Shown: piece after piece, positions 12,701 through 25,423 of the stretch
Layout: every line of letters begins with the position of its first letter
How positions within the stretch are numbered: the first letter of the stretch is position 1
Origin: the human T2T-CHM13v2.0 reference genome, Homo sapiens
Length of the DNA stretch: 64,000 nucleotides
Assembly (NCBI RefSeq): GCF_009914755.1
Contig: NC_060927.1
Reading direction: 5' to 3' (one strand)
Made by a program: the position numbers and the translations under genes
The notes under the pieces: model-generated
The model's input: only the letters and a program-made list of their open reading frames with translations
What the model was told of the DNA's origin: nothing
The model's database searches: none

Positions 12701-12820
12701 TTAAAATAGCTATATTGTCTGTCAGCTCTTGTATTTTATTGGATTTCCTTAAATTCCTTGGATCTTGATGATCTTCATTGCCAACTAGATTCTGAATTCT
12801 CTGTCATTTCAGCATTCTAC
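9768..12820 (-). mobile_element. Primate L1 (about L1PA15/16), 5'-truncated, with a large internal ORF2 deletion near 10526
   Basis: T-rich tail and 3'UTR 'ggtacatgtgcaggtttgttacatg'; antisense ORF2 C-terminus and endonuclease region; ORF1 remnant around 12236-12499. Confidence 0.9.
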
Positions 12821-12861
12821 GCCATGTCATTTCATTTTGTACTTCCCTCTCTGGAGGACAC

Positions 12862-13214
12862 TGATATGGTTTGGCTGTGTCCCCACCCAAATCTTAAATT
12901 GAATTGTATCTCCCAGAATTTCCATTTGTTGTGGGAGGGACACAGGGGTAGGTAATTGAGTCATGGGGCCCAGTCTTTCCTGTGCTATTATCAGGATAGT
13001 GAATAAGTCTCACTAGATCTTATGGGTTTATCAGGGGTTTTCACTTTTTCTTCTTCCTCATTTTCTCTTGCCACCACCATGAAAGAAGTACCTTTCACCT
13101 CCCGCCATGATTCTGAGGGCTCCCCAGCATGTGAAACTGTAAGTCCAATTAAACCTCTTTTTCTTCCCAGACTCAGGAGTGTCTTTATTAGCAGTGTGAA
13201 AATGGACTAATACA
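12862..13214 (+). mobile_element. MaLR solo LTR, THE1A
   Basis: TGATATGGTTTGGCTGTGTCCCCACCC...GGACTAATACA, with THE1A-type 'gggtttatcaggggttt'; TSD GACAC/GGCAC. Confidence 0.92.
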
Positions 13215-13352
13215 GGCACATAAGCAAGGCACCATCTTGGAAGCAGAGAGCAAGTCTTACCAGATATTGAATCTACCAGCACCTTGTTCTTGATAAACCA
13301 TAAAAAATAAATTTCTATTATTTATAAGTTATTCAGTCTAAGATATTTTGTT

Positions 13353-13385
13353 ATCACTTATCAGCCTTTTGGCTAAGATCAAGTG
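13353..13385 (+). pseudogene. 3'-truncated U2 snRNA pseudogene fragment (nt 1-33)
   Basis: ATCACTTATCAGCCTTTTGGCTAAGATCAAGTG vs U2 ATCGCTTCTCGGCCTTTTGGCTAAGATCAAGTG: 30/33, two of the mismatches are CpG decay. Confidence 0.9.
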
Positions 13386-14120
13386 AGGCACCTTTTATAG
13401 CAACAGGAAGGAACTAAGGGAGGTCCCATATGTCACTCCTTAGTCATTCTTTTCAGAATGTAGAACATTCTTGTTTTTAGCCTTGGTCCATAGGCAACAT
13501 TCTGGAACAAAGAAAAAGGGCCCATCAGCCACCTCTTATATGTGGTTTTATTTCCAATTTTCCCTTTTCATGGTGCCAGAGCCACTCTATACTCTCTAAT
13601 ATGTGCTCACTTGCCTGGAGAGCCAGACAGATCCTCTGAGCACCTTTCCACTGAGATCCAGGGGAGGTAACAGGCTATCTTCTTCCAGAGCTGTGCACCT
13701 GCTTTGCTTGCTGGTTATACCTAGACTATTAGGCCCTAAGGCACTTCCAGCAGATTATCTACTGGCTTTGCTACTTTAGTCCACAGCTTCAGGAATCTTC
13801 AGCAGTTCGGACATATTCATATCCACACCCACAATTATGAACATTTATGCCTATGATAGGTCTGATTTGTCCCACTCCAACTGACAGTGCAGAAACCAGA
13901 TTACCTGACAGCTGTCTGACAATAGGCTCCAAAGGAGGCCCCAAGTAGGAATCCAGCCACCACCACCACACAGTAGCCAGGGTGGGATGGGATATCTGAG
14001 AGTAGCAAATGTTGTAGCTGAAGTGCAGCTTGGACCACAGTCTTTGACCTGAATGACTCAAATCTAGATGTGCTTGGATCAAACACCTACCCACTGCACA
14101 TTTTTCTTCTGTTAACCACT

Positions 14121-14609
14121 TGTAGTGGACTCTGTCAGTGTTTCACCTACATCCCCTGGAGTCCCTTTTACTGTTCTTTGTGTCCCTTTCCCAGCTTCCA
14201 TTTGATTTGGCTGGGAACAGGCTACACCCATGACTATCTGTGGATGACTAATCTTGGGCCGCTGGAGCTGTTTTGCCCAAACAGAAAAAGAACAGAAATA
14301 CCTGTTCCCACCTCTTTCTTGCTGTGGGGCCTTTGAACAGTGACCACTGGGTGAGGGAGAACAAAAGCCCTGTCTCTTCCTTCCTGTAGAAACCACTTCA
14401 GGGTGTCCTTGACACTGTTGAGCTCCCCTGAGTGTCCCGCTGAAGCTGCCCTCTGTGGGATTTCCCTATACTACTGTCTGGCTTAGCTTCTTCCCCATCC
14501 CTGGTCTTCCCCACCTCCCTTACTAGTTTCTCCTCATACTTCCTTGATAAATCCTTTGCATACGTACCCTTATCTCATGGTATGCTTCTGCAGAATCCAA
14601 CATTTGACA
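14121..14609 (+). mobile_element. ERVL LTR (LTR16-like)
   Basis: TGTAGTGGA...TTGACA; LTR16-type end 'ccttgataaatcctttgcatac...tctcatggtatgcttctgcagaatccaac'. Confidence 0.7.
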
Positions 14610-15229
14610 TTCCATTTTGACTAGGAGTCAATAATACAGAGGAGGCAAAAAATACTGGAGAAAGCTATTGCCCCTTGAGTTCTTACACATCTCTACCATG
14701 ACTCTCCATTCATGTGTCCCAGCTCCCTCCTGCTGGCATTAAATTAAACCACTCAGAATGAAAACCTTGAAAAATTAAATAAAAAGCTTTCAGTTTTTGG
14801 AATGTTTATATGGATAGATGTTTTTGGAAAGAAAAGGACATTTTAATATACTTGCAGATAATTAGCTCCAACAGGAAACTCAAGAGTTTCAAAGTCATGA
14901 TTTTGGCAAAAAGAATTGAAACACATGGAATGGAAATCTAAATTATAATATTCTAGAGTAGTTAGATAATTGTGTAAGTGTGTTAGGAGGAGGAGAGTCA
15001 CTTTCTAATTAGTAGAAAACTTCTAAGAATTCTATGGCACACTGACTAAGCATTTTTAAAGAAAAAGTCCAACTGAAATCAAGAGCATAGGCAGTTAAGA
15101 TTTTTTTTAACTCTAAGGGGATTATAATCAGGCAACTCAGAGAGTTATATTCTAGAGAAAAGAAGGCAGCCCCTTTACAGTGCCTCTGACAAGGAAGCCA
15201 ATCAGCTCACTGCCTTCTGTATAAGCCAG

Positions 15230-15692
15230 GTATCTTCGTTTGCATTCTCCAGAGGCAGAGCCTGAAGCAGGGGTTCTTGTGCATGTGACTTAATGAGAGT
15301 GTGCTCTCAGATAAAACTCGTAGGGGAGTAAGGGAAGCAGGGTAAGGCATACTAAAAAAAAAAAAAAAAAGGCAAGGTAAAAATGTTTTGCATGGAACCT
15401 AGTCTCACCCATCCTAGGGTAAGCTCTGGAGTTGTCCTGCCCAGAAGCAAGGGAGTTTGGGCTCTTGTACCCTTGGTAACAGTCAGTCATTGGCCACAGG
15501 CTGCCTGGTGGAGGTAGGTAGGATGGGACGTGTAACCACCTAATGTCACTGGGTATGGCAGTGTTAGCCAAAGAGAGAGCCTCTCTGGAGAAGGGAGTAG
15601 CTGCTGGCAACCAACACCCACAGTAGCTGGGGGTGAGCACACCAGCCTAGTAAAGAGATGGTGGGGGGAGTGTTCCATAAGCATCTGTTACA
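15230..15692 (-). mobile_element. ERVL LTR (LTR16-like)
   Basis: 'cagaggcagagcctgaagcaggggttcttgtgcatgtgacttaatgagagtgtgctc...cagtcattggccacaggctgcc...gcatctgttaca'. Confidence 0.7.
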
Positions 15693-17239
15693 CTAGGTTA
15701 CCTCAAAACCTTGATGTCCCGGAGGAAATCCCACTGCAAGATGGCTTGCTCTGCTGGCTTACACATGCCTCCATGTTCAGTAGTTTTTCAGTAATTTTCT
15801 AAAGAAGAAAACCTAATCCTCAAACCACTCCTTCTATATTTACCCAATGCTGGTGCCTGACTAAAAGAAAATTATTTGTTTCTCATTTGCAACTTAATGT
15901 TTTGGCCTTTATTAAAAGATGTGCATCTCATCCTCTCCAAACTTTCCATCCTTCCTGCAGAAAACTCACCCAGGCTACTGCATACTCTAGGGTTTTGGTC
16001 TCAGTGGATGGAATCTTGTTTTGAAGAAGCCAAATATGATGGATTACTGAAATCTGTTGTTCCCCCAGCTCAGCTGAGGGACTAAGTCCCTGAGAACAGA
16101 GATAAGCAGTCTTTTCAGGGTTTTGCCATTTTGATACTGAGGAGATTTAGGAGAGGCCTTTCCAGCATTTGGGGATATCTGTTAAGTATCAGAAATCACA
16201 GAACTTGGTCCTGTGGGAGACTTTGGTCACAGAAGGTCAAACTGAGAAGTTCCAGCACCCTGGTCATCTCTGATGAAATCTGAGGAAATCCACGGATTTG
16301 TCCACACGCACCCTGCCTCCCTTGAAGCCCTGCAATGGGCAGTAGGAGGGCCTGTGGGAAACACTGCCATTGCAGGTAAGAGGCTGCAACAGAGGGCCCC
16401 ACCAGCTCGCCTCAGAATTACTCCTTGGATTATAAGAAAGCCTCGGGCACGCCCAGAAAGTTCAAAAAAAGTGCCACCTGGGACTTCCTAGTCAGTTCAG
16501 AGCTCTTTTCAAACTAAATGACCACTCTGAACTGCTGCATTTTGAATCCACCAGCTGCAGAATCAACCAGCACTGACTTCAGAAGAGACTGAAAGGGGAC
16601 GGGGTGCATCCCCTTTGCCACCGTTCCCCTGCAAGACAATTGTTCCTATTTAGCTCAGGCCTGTCAGTTAGAATTCACACCTCTATCCTCCCCACTGAGC
16701 CCCTGGACTGGGGTGAGAGCTCTGTGTTCAGAGAATCATTTTCATGGGCAGGAGCGTGAAAAGCAGGATGGTGGGTGGTGACTTTTGTTTGAAATGAATT
16801 GTGTCTGGGAGTCTTTTGAAGAGCAAAAAATAGACCTATTTATTGACCTAAAGCCATCCATGAAATGGGATATGATCTCTGGCACAAAGAATAGAATAGA
16901 AACTCCCCAATATTGTAGCTATCTAGAGATGAAAAAATTGTCTGGAGCTAAGACTTTATTTCTTCATCCGCATTCCTGATGCTGGGCTTCCTGCAGAATG
17001 CTGAACAGTATTATCTGTTTCTGGGCCTCAAATAAAGATAGAGAAAGAAAACGAGAGAGGGTGGGGTGGGGAGATCTAGCTAGCTACATTGATCTACAGA
17101 TATACTTTAATAGTCCTCTTTACTTACAGACACTCTGAGACATGGTCAGACAGTTCACCTCACCTTGTTAATAGTAATTGGCATAAATGCTTCTTGAACT
17201 TTTGGCTAAGAGCAAGTGTAATGCCTGCTCTTACCAGTT

Positions 17240-17505
17240 TAATAATAATTGGCATCATTTTCTGAGCACTTATATAGGTGCCACATACTGTGACAACATT
17301 TATGCATATTATCTCATTAAATTCTTAAAACACTACATTTTAAAAAACCGATTAACTATAGCCACATTAAAAAAAAAAAAAAAGGAAAAGAAAACTGAGG
17401 CTCAAAACATTACTAAGCTTGCTTAAGGCCACATACCCAGGAAACAATACTAAAATTTGAACCCTGCTCGGCCTGAGCCCAATGCCTGAGTTCTTAACCA
17501 CAGTG
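17240..17505 (-). mobile_element. MIR with an expanded A run
   Basis: 'aaaactgaggctc...aaggccacatac...tttgaaccctgctcggcctgagcccaatgcctgagttcttaaccac'. Confidence 0.75.
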
Positions 17506-17739
17506 TCATTTAATTAAAGAAAAGTACACTCTAGAGAGTAACCATTCAACAGGCACTCGGGGTGGCCTTGGAAAGGAAAAGAAACACAATGAGACACTGA
17601 ATGCACTTTAATATTTGAGAGAATTGGTTTCTCTTAAATGTGTCAGCCTATCATCCATGTTGTTCACAGCTTGAATCATAGGGTGGTTGTAGGTTGAGGG
17701 GAGCAGTCACCATTGACTCATCTCTGTCCTTCATCCTTT

Positions 17740-18240
17740 GTAGCTAGTCACCTACTAAATCCAGTGGATTCACCTTTGAAATGACTCATAACCACTCTTT
17801 CTTACTATATTTTTTCCTCCACTTTGAGCTCAGCCTTCATCTCTTCCTATTCAGATAACATCAACATTCTCCCCACTGGCTGGTCTGACTCAGCTCTCTC
17901 CTCATCCTGTCGGCCTGCCCACTGCCAAACATGGTATCCTAAAATAGTGCGTCCAACATTTCACTATCCTGCTCAAACATCTGTGATTGCTCTCTAGTCT
18001 TTGTTGGCCTAAGTTCTGTTTTCTGCTTTATAGTCTGTCTTTCTCTCCCAGAACAAATGTCCATCCCCAGTCTGTACCCTTTTTCATCATCTGCCTTCCT
18101 TTTGCACCTGGCCACCCTTATCTGTATTATCCTCCCTCCCTCACATTGTTACCTAAATCATATCCAAATGTCAAGGTCAAGTCTCACTACACCCATGAAG
18201 GTTGTACTTTAAACCAAACCACTCAGTCCTTAACTTTTCT
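17740..18240 (+). mobile_element. L2 fragment
   Basis: Pyrimidine-rich L2 motifs 'cactatcctgctcaaacatctgtgattgctctc', 'caaggtcaagtctcact'. Confidence 0.55.
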
Positions 18241-18254
18241 ATAGATAAGAGGGG

Positions 18255-18727
18255 TATTCCAGTTTGGATTACTGACAAGAGGAAAGGCCCAGACAAGTAT
18301 CTGAATGTAGAGATGTTATTTGGAAGTTACAGGAAGATATGATAGGGTGGTGGGGAAGAGGGACAAGATGGGAAAGGCAGCCAATAAAAGGTGCATTTTC
18401 AAGCCAGTTACCGCTGTGGACAACTGGAACTTAGTCCTGTGGGGAACAGGGGAGCCAGTATAGGATACACACTTCAATTATCTCATTCAAGGGGTGATGG
18501 GGTTGGAGTATGGATACACTGACTAATCATCAGTCATTGCTAGAGGGCTGCTCCCAGGGGGCATTCACTCCTCAGCACTTCTGTCCTACTAGCAAAACAA
18601 GCTCCAGTGGCAAAAGAAAGCCCCAGTCAAAAGAAATACTGGTGTTGGAAGTTGGCAATCAGATGGAGCAGACTGAGATGGTAGGAGCAATGGGATATAT
18701 GAGTGGGACCTGGCAGCATCTGCTACA
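18255..18727 (-). mobile_element. ERVL LTR33-like
   Basis: 'gcagccaataaaaggtgcattttcaagccagttaccgctgtggacaactggaac...agcatctgctaca'. Confidence 0.75.
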
Positions 18728-18850
18728 ATAACCAGATAGTTTATTACCCAAACCCAGGCACTTTTGAGAGTGAAAAGAAATACTATTAATAATTATTGTG
18801 ACAAAAAAATCAAGATGGTCCTAGGCAAATTAGTATGTATGGTATTGCAT
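18728..18850 (+). mobile_element. MER94 (hAT-Blackjack)
   Basis: 'cacttttgagagtgaaaagaaatactattaataattat' matches the recalled MER94 core. Confidence 0.7.
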
Positions 18851-19049
18851 TTATAACAGTGAGTTTTATATCCGATTCTCCCCATCTCCACTCAGATGAT
18901 ATGATCCTTTAGGGTATGTTCAGTGTGGTCCAGCTACATGTGCCTCATTGAAGCCAGTACAGTGCTTAAGACAGCAGATGTTCAGAAAATACTGGATGGC
19001 TGGACATTGGATGAAGTAGCCACCAAAAATTCAAATTATGTTACTATTC

Positions 19050-19290
19050 AAAAAGCACAGCCTTTAAAGTCAGACAGTCCTGAGTTGAAACCCAAACCCC
19101 ACTGACTTATTGTTAAACTGAGATGTAGATATGGCACATCTCTGAACTGTGTTTCCTTATCTTTAAAGTGGAGATGAAAATAATATATTCCTGTAGAGTT
19201 ATCAAAGATCAGAGATGAGCTATAAGATAGTAGCTCTTAATATCCAGTAAATCAAACTATAGTAAATTAAAATATAGTCATTATTATTGC
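19050..19290 (+). mobile_element. MIR
   Basis: 'aagtcagacagtcctgagttgaaaccc...tctgaactgtgtttccttatctttaaagtggagatgaaaata'. Confidence 0.7.
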
Positions 19291-20029
19291 AAAAGCTATT
19301 TTTTAAAAAATGATACTATTGATGTCATCTTGCTCATTATTACCTCAGTCACATGCTGTAACTGGTACTTTGTCTCATCCCAGCATTTTGTTTTCTTCTC
19401 TGTGACTGTAGATGTTTTCACATAGCAGCAGGATTGAGCTTTCATAAATTGCACTTCCATTTGTGGAGACAAGGACCCTGGAATTGACTGGGCCATTCTC
19501 TAAGTCAGAGATGAAGAAGAATTTGGAAAAGGGAAAATATTTCCTGCAAAGAATTTGAGAGAATAAGACATGGCATGAGCGATTACCTGGACTGCCCAAA
19601 ATCAGAATCTCCAGATTAAGCGTCACTGTTTCTCACCGTCTAAGAGGCTATGAATTAAGAGAAAAGCCACAGTAGAAAGATACCTGACTTTTCAAAAGGA
19701 GAATTCTGACACCTCGAAAGTAAACAAGTATTACTTAAGCTGCTGAGATGTCTTCCTAGCTTATCTCCATCACCATTACTTTTGATGTCCACTCAAAATT
19801 TTCTTTGTATTCACAGGATCACAGGAAAATAGAACAGATCTTACAGGTCCAATTACTAGTTCATATTGCAATGAAGCCTAAAAACACCATATTAACCCTG
19901 TATTGAGAGATAAGCAAGGGACAAATATGAGATGAAAATGGAGATGCATATCCTCTCACCCTCCCTTCTTACAACCTGCGTAGCCTGCTATCATACCCAC
20001 TATGTCAGGGACCTTTATGATTTCTTTTA

Positions 20030-21350
20030 ATGCATTTATTTTATCAATATAATACATACATGTCATAAAAAGTTAAGAGATAATGGTACTAAAAATTTAT
20101 AATAAAATACAGCAATAATCTCTACCACTCCTTCCTATCCAGAAGCCTCATTCCCCAACCAGCAATTTCAGTGATTTTAGTCCTTTAGATATTTATTCTG
20201 AAATTTACTTCCGCATTTCTAAATAATATATGTGGAAGAAATGGCTAGTTCCACCATATCCATCGTTTCATTCTTCCATGGAAATATATACCACAATTTC
20301 AAGCTGAGCTCATGACTTCCAGAAATGCATTTTCAAGCTCCTCTTTTAATTGCATACAGTTATGCAATTCAATCCTGGACAAAGGAATGTAAATAAAGGC
20401 ATTCCATATAACTTTCAAGAACCTTTCTTAAATGACACCGGAAAAACATCCTTTGACTGCTTCCTTCTTCATTCTTTCTTCATTCTTGGTGGCTGAAATA
20501 CAGACATGATAGCTGGAGCCTGAGCAGCTACATTCAGCCATGCGGTTAACTTGGGAAAGGAAGCCCCTCACTCTGGAACAACAGTATAGAGGGAGATTGG
20601 GTCACTGAGGATTTGATGAACAAAGCTATCACTCCAATCCTGGACTGCCTAGTTCTATGTTGACTGAGACAGAAATAAACTTTTTCCTTAAGTCACTGTT
20701 ACTTTGTGGTTTTGTTTTTCATAGCTAACCAAAGCATATATTTTATTGCTTTTTCTTGATTTATCAGTTTTAGAAATTTTCTACTAGTGGCCTAAAATAG
20801 TAGATAAATATTTAGCTTTCTAATAACAGCCACCCACCTCCCACTTACATATCCTTCATCTCAGTATACTTCCATTACATTAATGCTATGTAATTTATAT
20901 TCACTGCTAAACCAAGTAGTTTGGCAGTGCATATAAGTAGTAAACTATGAATGGCTTCTTTCTTATGCAACTTCTCATTTTACCCAGAGTTAAAAATAGC
21001 CTTTTTTCTTCATTTACTTAGTTTTCTCTATCGTTACGGCTAATTCTTTCTACACTGTCCAATAGCCTCTCATTCACTTTTCTGCACAGGGCAATGTATC
21101 GGATCATCTGTTGGTTCTACTTTTTATTTTCTGAATTCTCCCTGCTGGAGACTTTGTCCTCCTGCTGTCTGGACCTGCTGCACAGCTCTCATCCCAGGTG
21201 TTTCCTTCACCCTCATCTGGGGGCTTTCGTCTGCCTCAGTCATGTATAGGATTCTTGGTTTCCTTAACATCAAGCATTCTACTTTCTTGGTGTCTCATTT
21301 ATTGTGGAAAACTGCTTCCAGTAGTTTCATAACAAAGGGTGGGTACGTAA
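20030..21350 (-). mobile_element. Very old L1 (L1ME-type) fragments, interrupted by MLT1
   Basis: T-rich degenerate L1-like sequence on both sides of the MLT1; boundaries approximate. Confidence 0.45.
20231..20740 (+). mobile_element. MaLR LTR, MLT1J-like
   Basis: 'ggctgaaatacagacatgatagctggagcctgagcagc...cctggactgcct...gaaataaac...ttaagtcactgtt'. Confidence 0.7.
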
Positions 21351-22919
21351 AAGGTAAATTACATTGAATGTCTCCTTGGTGGAGTATAGACACAGGGATG
21401 GCCCCAGAGTTTCTGCAGGCTTCGCCACATCAGAAGACCTGGACGAAGCAATGAAAGTAGAATATCGCCTCCCTTCTCACCTTCAGGTACAACTGTATTG
21501 CTGCAGAAGACTATAATCAAGACAGAGAAACTCATTCTCCACAATGGGCCTTTTCAGAAGGAGAGACAAGGCATTCCTAATGCAACTGGATGAGAGACGC
21601 CCAAGAACTCCAGATGTTTCTCTTACAAATGTTTTTCTTACAAATTGAAAATGTTACTTTTCAAAACTCTGACTTTAACTCTGTTAACTTACTCTCCAGG
21701 GGCAAAACATGTTATGTGGCGTTGTTTTCTCTTGTTGCCTGGAGTGATAGAATCTGAAAGCCACTACCCAGAGCTTATGAGCTGTATAATTAACCACATA
21801 ATATTTTCACCTTAAAAATCCTCCAGCAATGTTCAATGAAATCAGTAGATTAAACAGCCCAACAAGAATAGGGCATTCCTCTTAGCCTAGAAAACATGCT
21901 GGCAGTTTTGCCTCTTAGAAGCCAGGAGCACTGATCTTCCCCTCCTTATGCTTCTCAACAACCCTTCACTTCAGACTGCCAGGCAGACTACAGTACTAGG
22001 GAAAATCCAGCCCAGGTTTTGTGCCATTTCTTGTGCAAGATTGGATGGGAAGCTTGTAAAATCTATTTTGCTCCAGGTGGAAAACCAGCCATGATGAATT
22101 AATCCAATATACTTTCTTGTTTTTTAATTTAAAAATTGTATCTTGTGGTGTATTACCTGAAGGCTCTGCAGCAGATGAACACACAAGACTCAAGAAAGCA
22201 GAGGGAGAAGCTACTTCCCACTACTTGGCTCTCTCTGACCCAGAAAATCAGGCTAGCGATATTATGGTAGTGTAGTCTAAGCAACATCAGCAAATCGACT
22301 GAGAAATCACTCCCTAATAGATTATAATCATAATAAATATGCTATAAGCAGCGTTCCATCCCAAAAAATTGCACAGGAGATATGGGAAAGTTTTTATGCC
22401 ATTTTGGAAGCTCTGGTGTAATTTCCCTGCTTTTGAAGGAAGAAACAGCAAATGGTTCTTCTCTTTGGCTATTATCTTCTCATTCTATTTCTCCTGCATA
22501 TCCTTTAAAGCAGGGGGGTGCCTACGTGCTAAGCTAATGTTCTCCTGAATGCACACATTCCCTCAGAAATTGAAGCAATGTATTTTGAAAATATAGCATC
22601 ATGAATGTGAAATAAATGTGGAAAAGATGGGCTTCACCCAAGTTATCTTCCCTGTAATGGGTTTTTAAGGTCTTCAATATGTCACTATATGATAACTCTC
22701 CAAGACTAGGCTACTGAAAATGGCATTTCCAAACTTATTTGACCACTGAATCCTTTATTTGGGAAAGGGGAGTGAATATTTCTGTATTTCATAGACCACT
22801 TGTCTGGGGAGTGTAGTTTATAAAAACCAAAGGGAATGAAGGCAAAACTAGACTTCAATGCCTCCTGTTCCCATGGTATATTTTGGAATCAGTAATACGA
22901 GTTTTGGGGAAACCAAGAG

Positions 22920-23115
22920 ATAAGCTTTAAAAACTGCCTTTGTCATATTCTGGCTGTTCTACTTCAGTCATGTTATTTAACCTCTATGAGATCTATTTCT
23001 CCATCTGTAAAATTGGGACAATAATACTTTTTAAGAGATATTTAGAAACGATTGCATGAGATATTATATATAAAGCTCTCCACTGAATGCCTCACCCTAA
23101 GTGGGTGCCAAAAAG
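22920..23115 (+). mobile_element. MIR
   Basis: 'gttatttaacctctatgagatctatttctccatctgtaaaattgggacaataata'. Confidence 0.7.
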
Positions 23116-24744
23116 ACTAATAGTCTTTGTATTTTATTTTAATCTTCTCTATTCCCACGTCCACCTCAGTGCATCAAGGACCCCAGTGTTACTCACCTGT
23201 TTGTTGATGTCTGAAATGCCTTTTCACAATGAGTGAAATAGATGTGGCAGTGCACAGAAAAACCAGGAAGAGGGAGTTACACTAAGGAGGTGACTCTCTA
23301 ATATTAGGGGCGACCAAATTATTTGGCAAGAACTTTTTTGTTAAATACGTTTTTTAAAATACCCATACTCAAAAGTTCTCATTCAGGAGATTGAGGATGG
23401 GGCTCTAACTTCTATATTTTTAGCAGAATCTCCACAGAATTATGATGCACCCAAAAGTTTTGTAACCCTAAGGTTTAAAATATATACCTATATCCATCTA
23501 GATCTAGAGTTAGATAATATGACAGACACTTCTGTGAGAGTGATTAGCAGGAGAAGGGAGAAGGTGAGGGTCTTGGTGATTAAGAAATGGAACCAGGGAA
23601 GGAAGACAGAACAGAATCAGAACAGAAGCTCTAAGAATGATCTCTGTCAATTTTCTATTTCTCCCAAAAATGTGCCCGGGATGGTGGTCAGGAAGTAGAA
23701 AAAAATATTAGTGCGGCCAGAGATACGTGCAGCTTGATGGCTTTTGAGACATGTGAGCAGGCCCCATTAGGCAGCTATGCACTGGGTCATGGTAAGTGCT
23801 GCCATTTGTCCCAAAGTCACTTCCAGCTCTGAAGTGACCTTTACCTGTACCTATTACAGTAGCCTGGTGTTATAGTCAACAATCCTTTGACAAGAATTTT
23901 TACGGACCTGGGAAAATCTAGATACTGAATGACCAAAACTCTAAAGCTCTTCATCTTGTCTCAAAGAATGATCAGGTTGAGCAGTTCCCTCTCCTGGTAT
24001 CCTAGTAAGCTTCATATTTCAGCATCCTTTCTTGAATGGAACGACCAGATATGCTCTCCTATTTTGCTAGTCCAAAATTGGGATGTAATCATCAATGAAA
24101 GTGGTTTGGGAAATAAGGAGAAAATCGCAGAAAGAGAAGCAAAGCAGCCAAAAAGTAAATAAGTTCATCCCCGAATTTCAGGGTTCCTGTGAGAGTTTAA
24201 TAACTGACATATAGTGTCCAGCAGAGCATGGCCCATAGTCTGGTGTTCAATGGGAAAGGAACAATAGACACTGTGTTTAGCTATCAGAGCTATCAGTCAT
24301 CATAAAGATGACTGCGGCCATCTTTAGCATACAGAGATGCTCTGTCTCCCAACTAGGCCCAGGGCTCAGCATGCAGCAAAAATTCAATACACTTCAGCTG
24401 GCTAAGTGCATTGATGGTGCTGACTCCAGTATCAACCATCAAAATTAGCAAATTTTTGTGACAGATATACTGTGTGACCACACCACATTGGCCTCTGTAT
24501 TGGAGTGGTGATTCAAAAGAGATAATAAAGCATCACAGTGTTAGGTACTTACAATCTTGTCTGGCAAGACTTATACACACTTGCACATGCACACATTCAT
24601 GCATGCATACACATACACTCACACGCTGCACTCTGAATACTCCAAACAATTTACAATCAAATAGAAGATGGTGACATGAAAATGTGATTTTGGAATTTGG
24701 ATTAAAGAAAAATTTGGTATGGGCTGGAGTAGCCTCATTAGGAG

Positions 24745-24900
24745 AAAGCAGTGGAAAGAACACTCGTTGCGGAGTCAGGCAGTCACAGACCCAAACCTGA
24801 GGCTCCTGTGATTTTTACTGTAATTTCCTTTTCTGTCAAATGAGAATAATAGCACCTGACTCGTGGATGACTTAAGGAGTTAGAACATTGAGCAAGGTAA
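24745..24900 (+). mobile_element. MIR fragment
   Basis: 'gcagtggaaagaacac...ggagtcaggcag...tttccttttctgtcaaatgagaataatagcacctgactc'. Confidence 0.6.
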
Positions 24901-24942
24901 TATCTTACAACATATCTTTAACAAACTTTTCATGTTGGATAG

Positions 24943-25423
24943 TATAATGGGTTGAATAATGACCCCAAAGATGTTCATGTCCTAATCCCTGGCACCTGTA
25001 ATTATGTTAGCCTGCTTGGTTAAAAAAAAGAAAACACTTTGCAGAGGCAATTATGTTCAGGATCTTGAGGTGATGAGAGTACCCTGGATCATTGGAGTGG
25101 GCCCAGTATAATCACAGGGGTCCTTATAAGAGGAAGTCAAGAGGATCTGAGTCAGAGAAGGAGATGTGAAGACAGAAATAAGGGTGAAGGGATGCAGGGC
25201 CACACACACAGGAATGCAGAGGGCTTCTGGAAGCTGGCAAAAGCCCAGAAATGGATTCTGCCCTAGACCCTCCAGAAAGAGTACAGGCCTGATGACACCT
25301 TGATTTTAGCTTCATGGAAGCCATTTTGGACTTCTTTGCTCCAGAGCTGTAAGATAAATGTATATTACTTTAAGTCACTGTGATTGTGGTAATTTCTTGC
25401 AGCAGCAAGGATAGGCTAAAGCA
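24943..25423 (+). mobile_element. MaLR LTR, MLT1C/D-like
   Basis: 'aatgaccccaaagatgttcatgtcctaatccctggcacctg...ctggaagctggcaaaag...gacaccttgattttagc...tgtggtaatttcttgcagcagca'. Confidence 0.85.

Larger units (their letters stand above)
12825..13420 (+). mobile_element. Older MaLR LTR 3' part (MLT1A/MST-like), hosting THE1A and a U2 fragment
   Basis: 'agcaaggcaccatcttggaagcagagag...aataaatttctattatttataagttattcagtctaagatattttgtt...atagcaacaggaaggaactaag'. Confidence 0.7.

Noticed and set aside
13430-14120. ERVL internal sequence upstream of the LTR16-like element
   Set aside because: Plausible from its position, but I could not confirm any gag/pol motif or consensus match.
16370-23800. Isolated donor-like sites (CAG|GTAAGA near 16375; ATG|GTAAGT near 23791)
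   Set aside because: No matching acceptor and open frame; such motifs are expected by chance.
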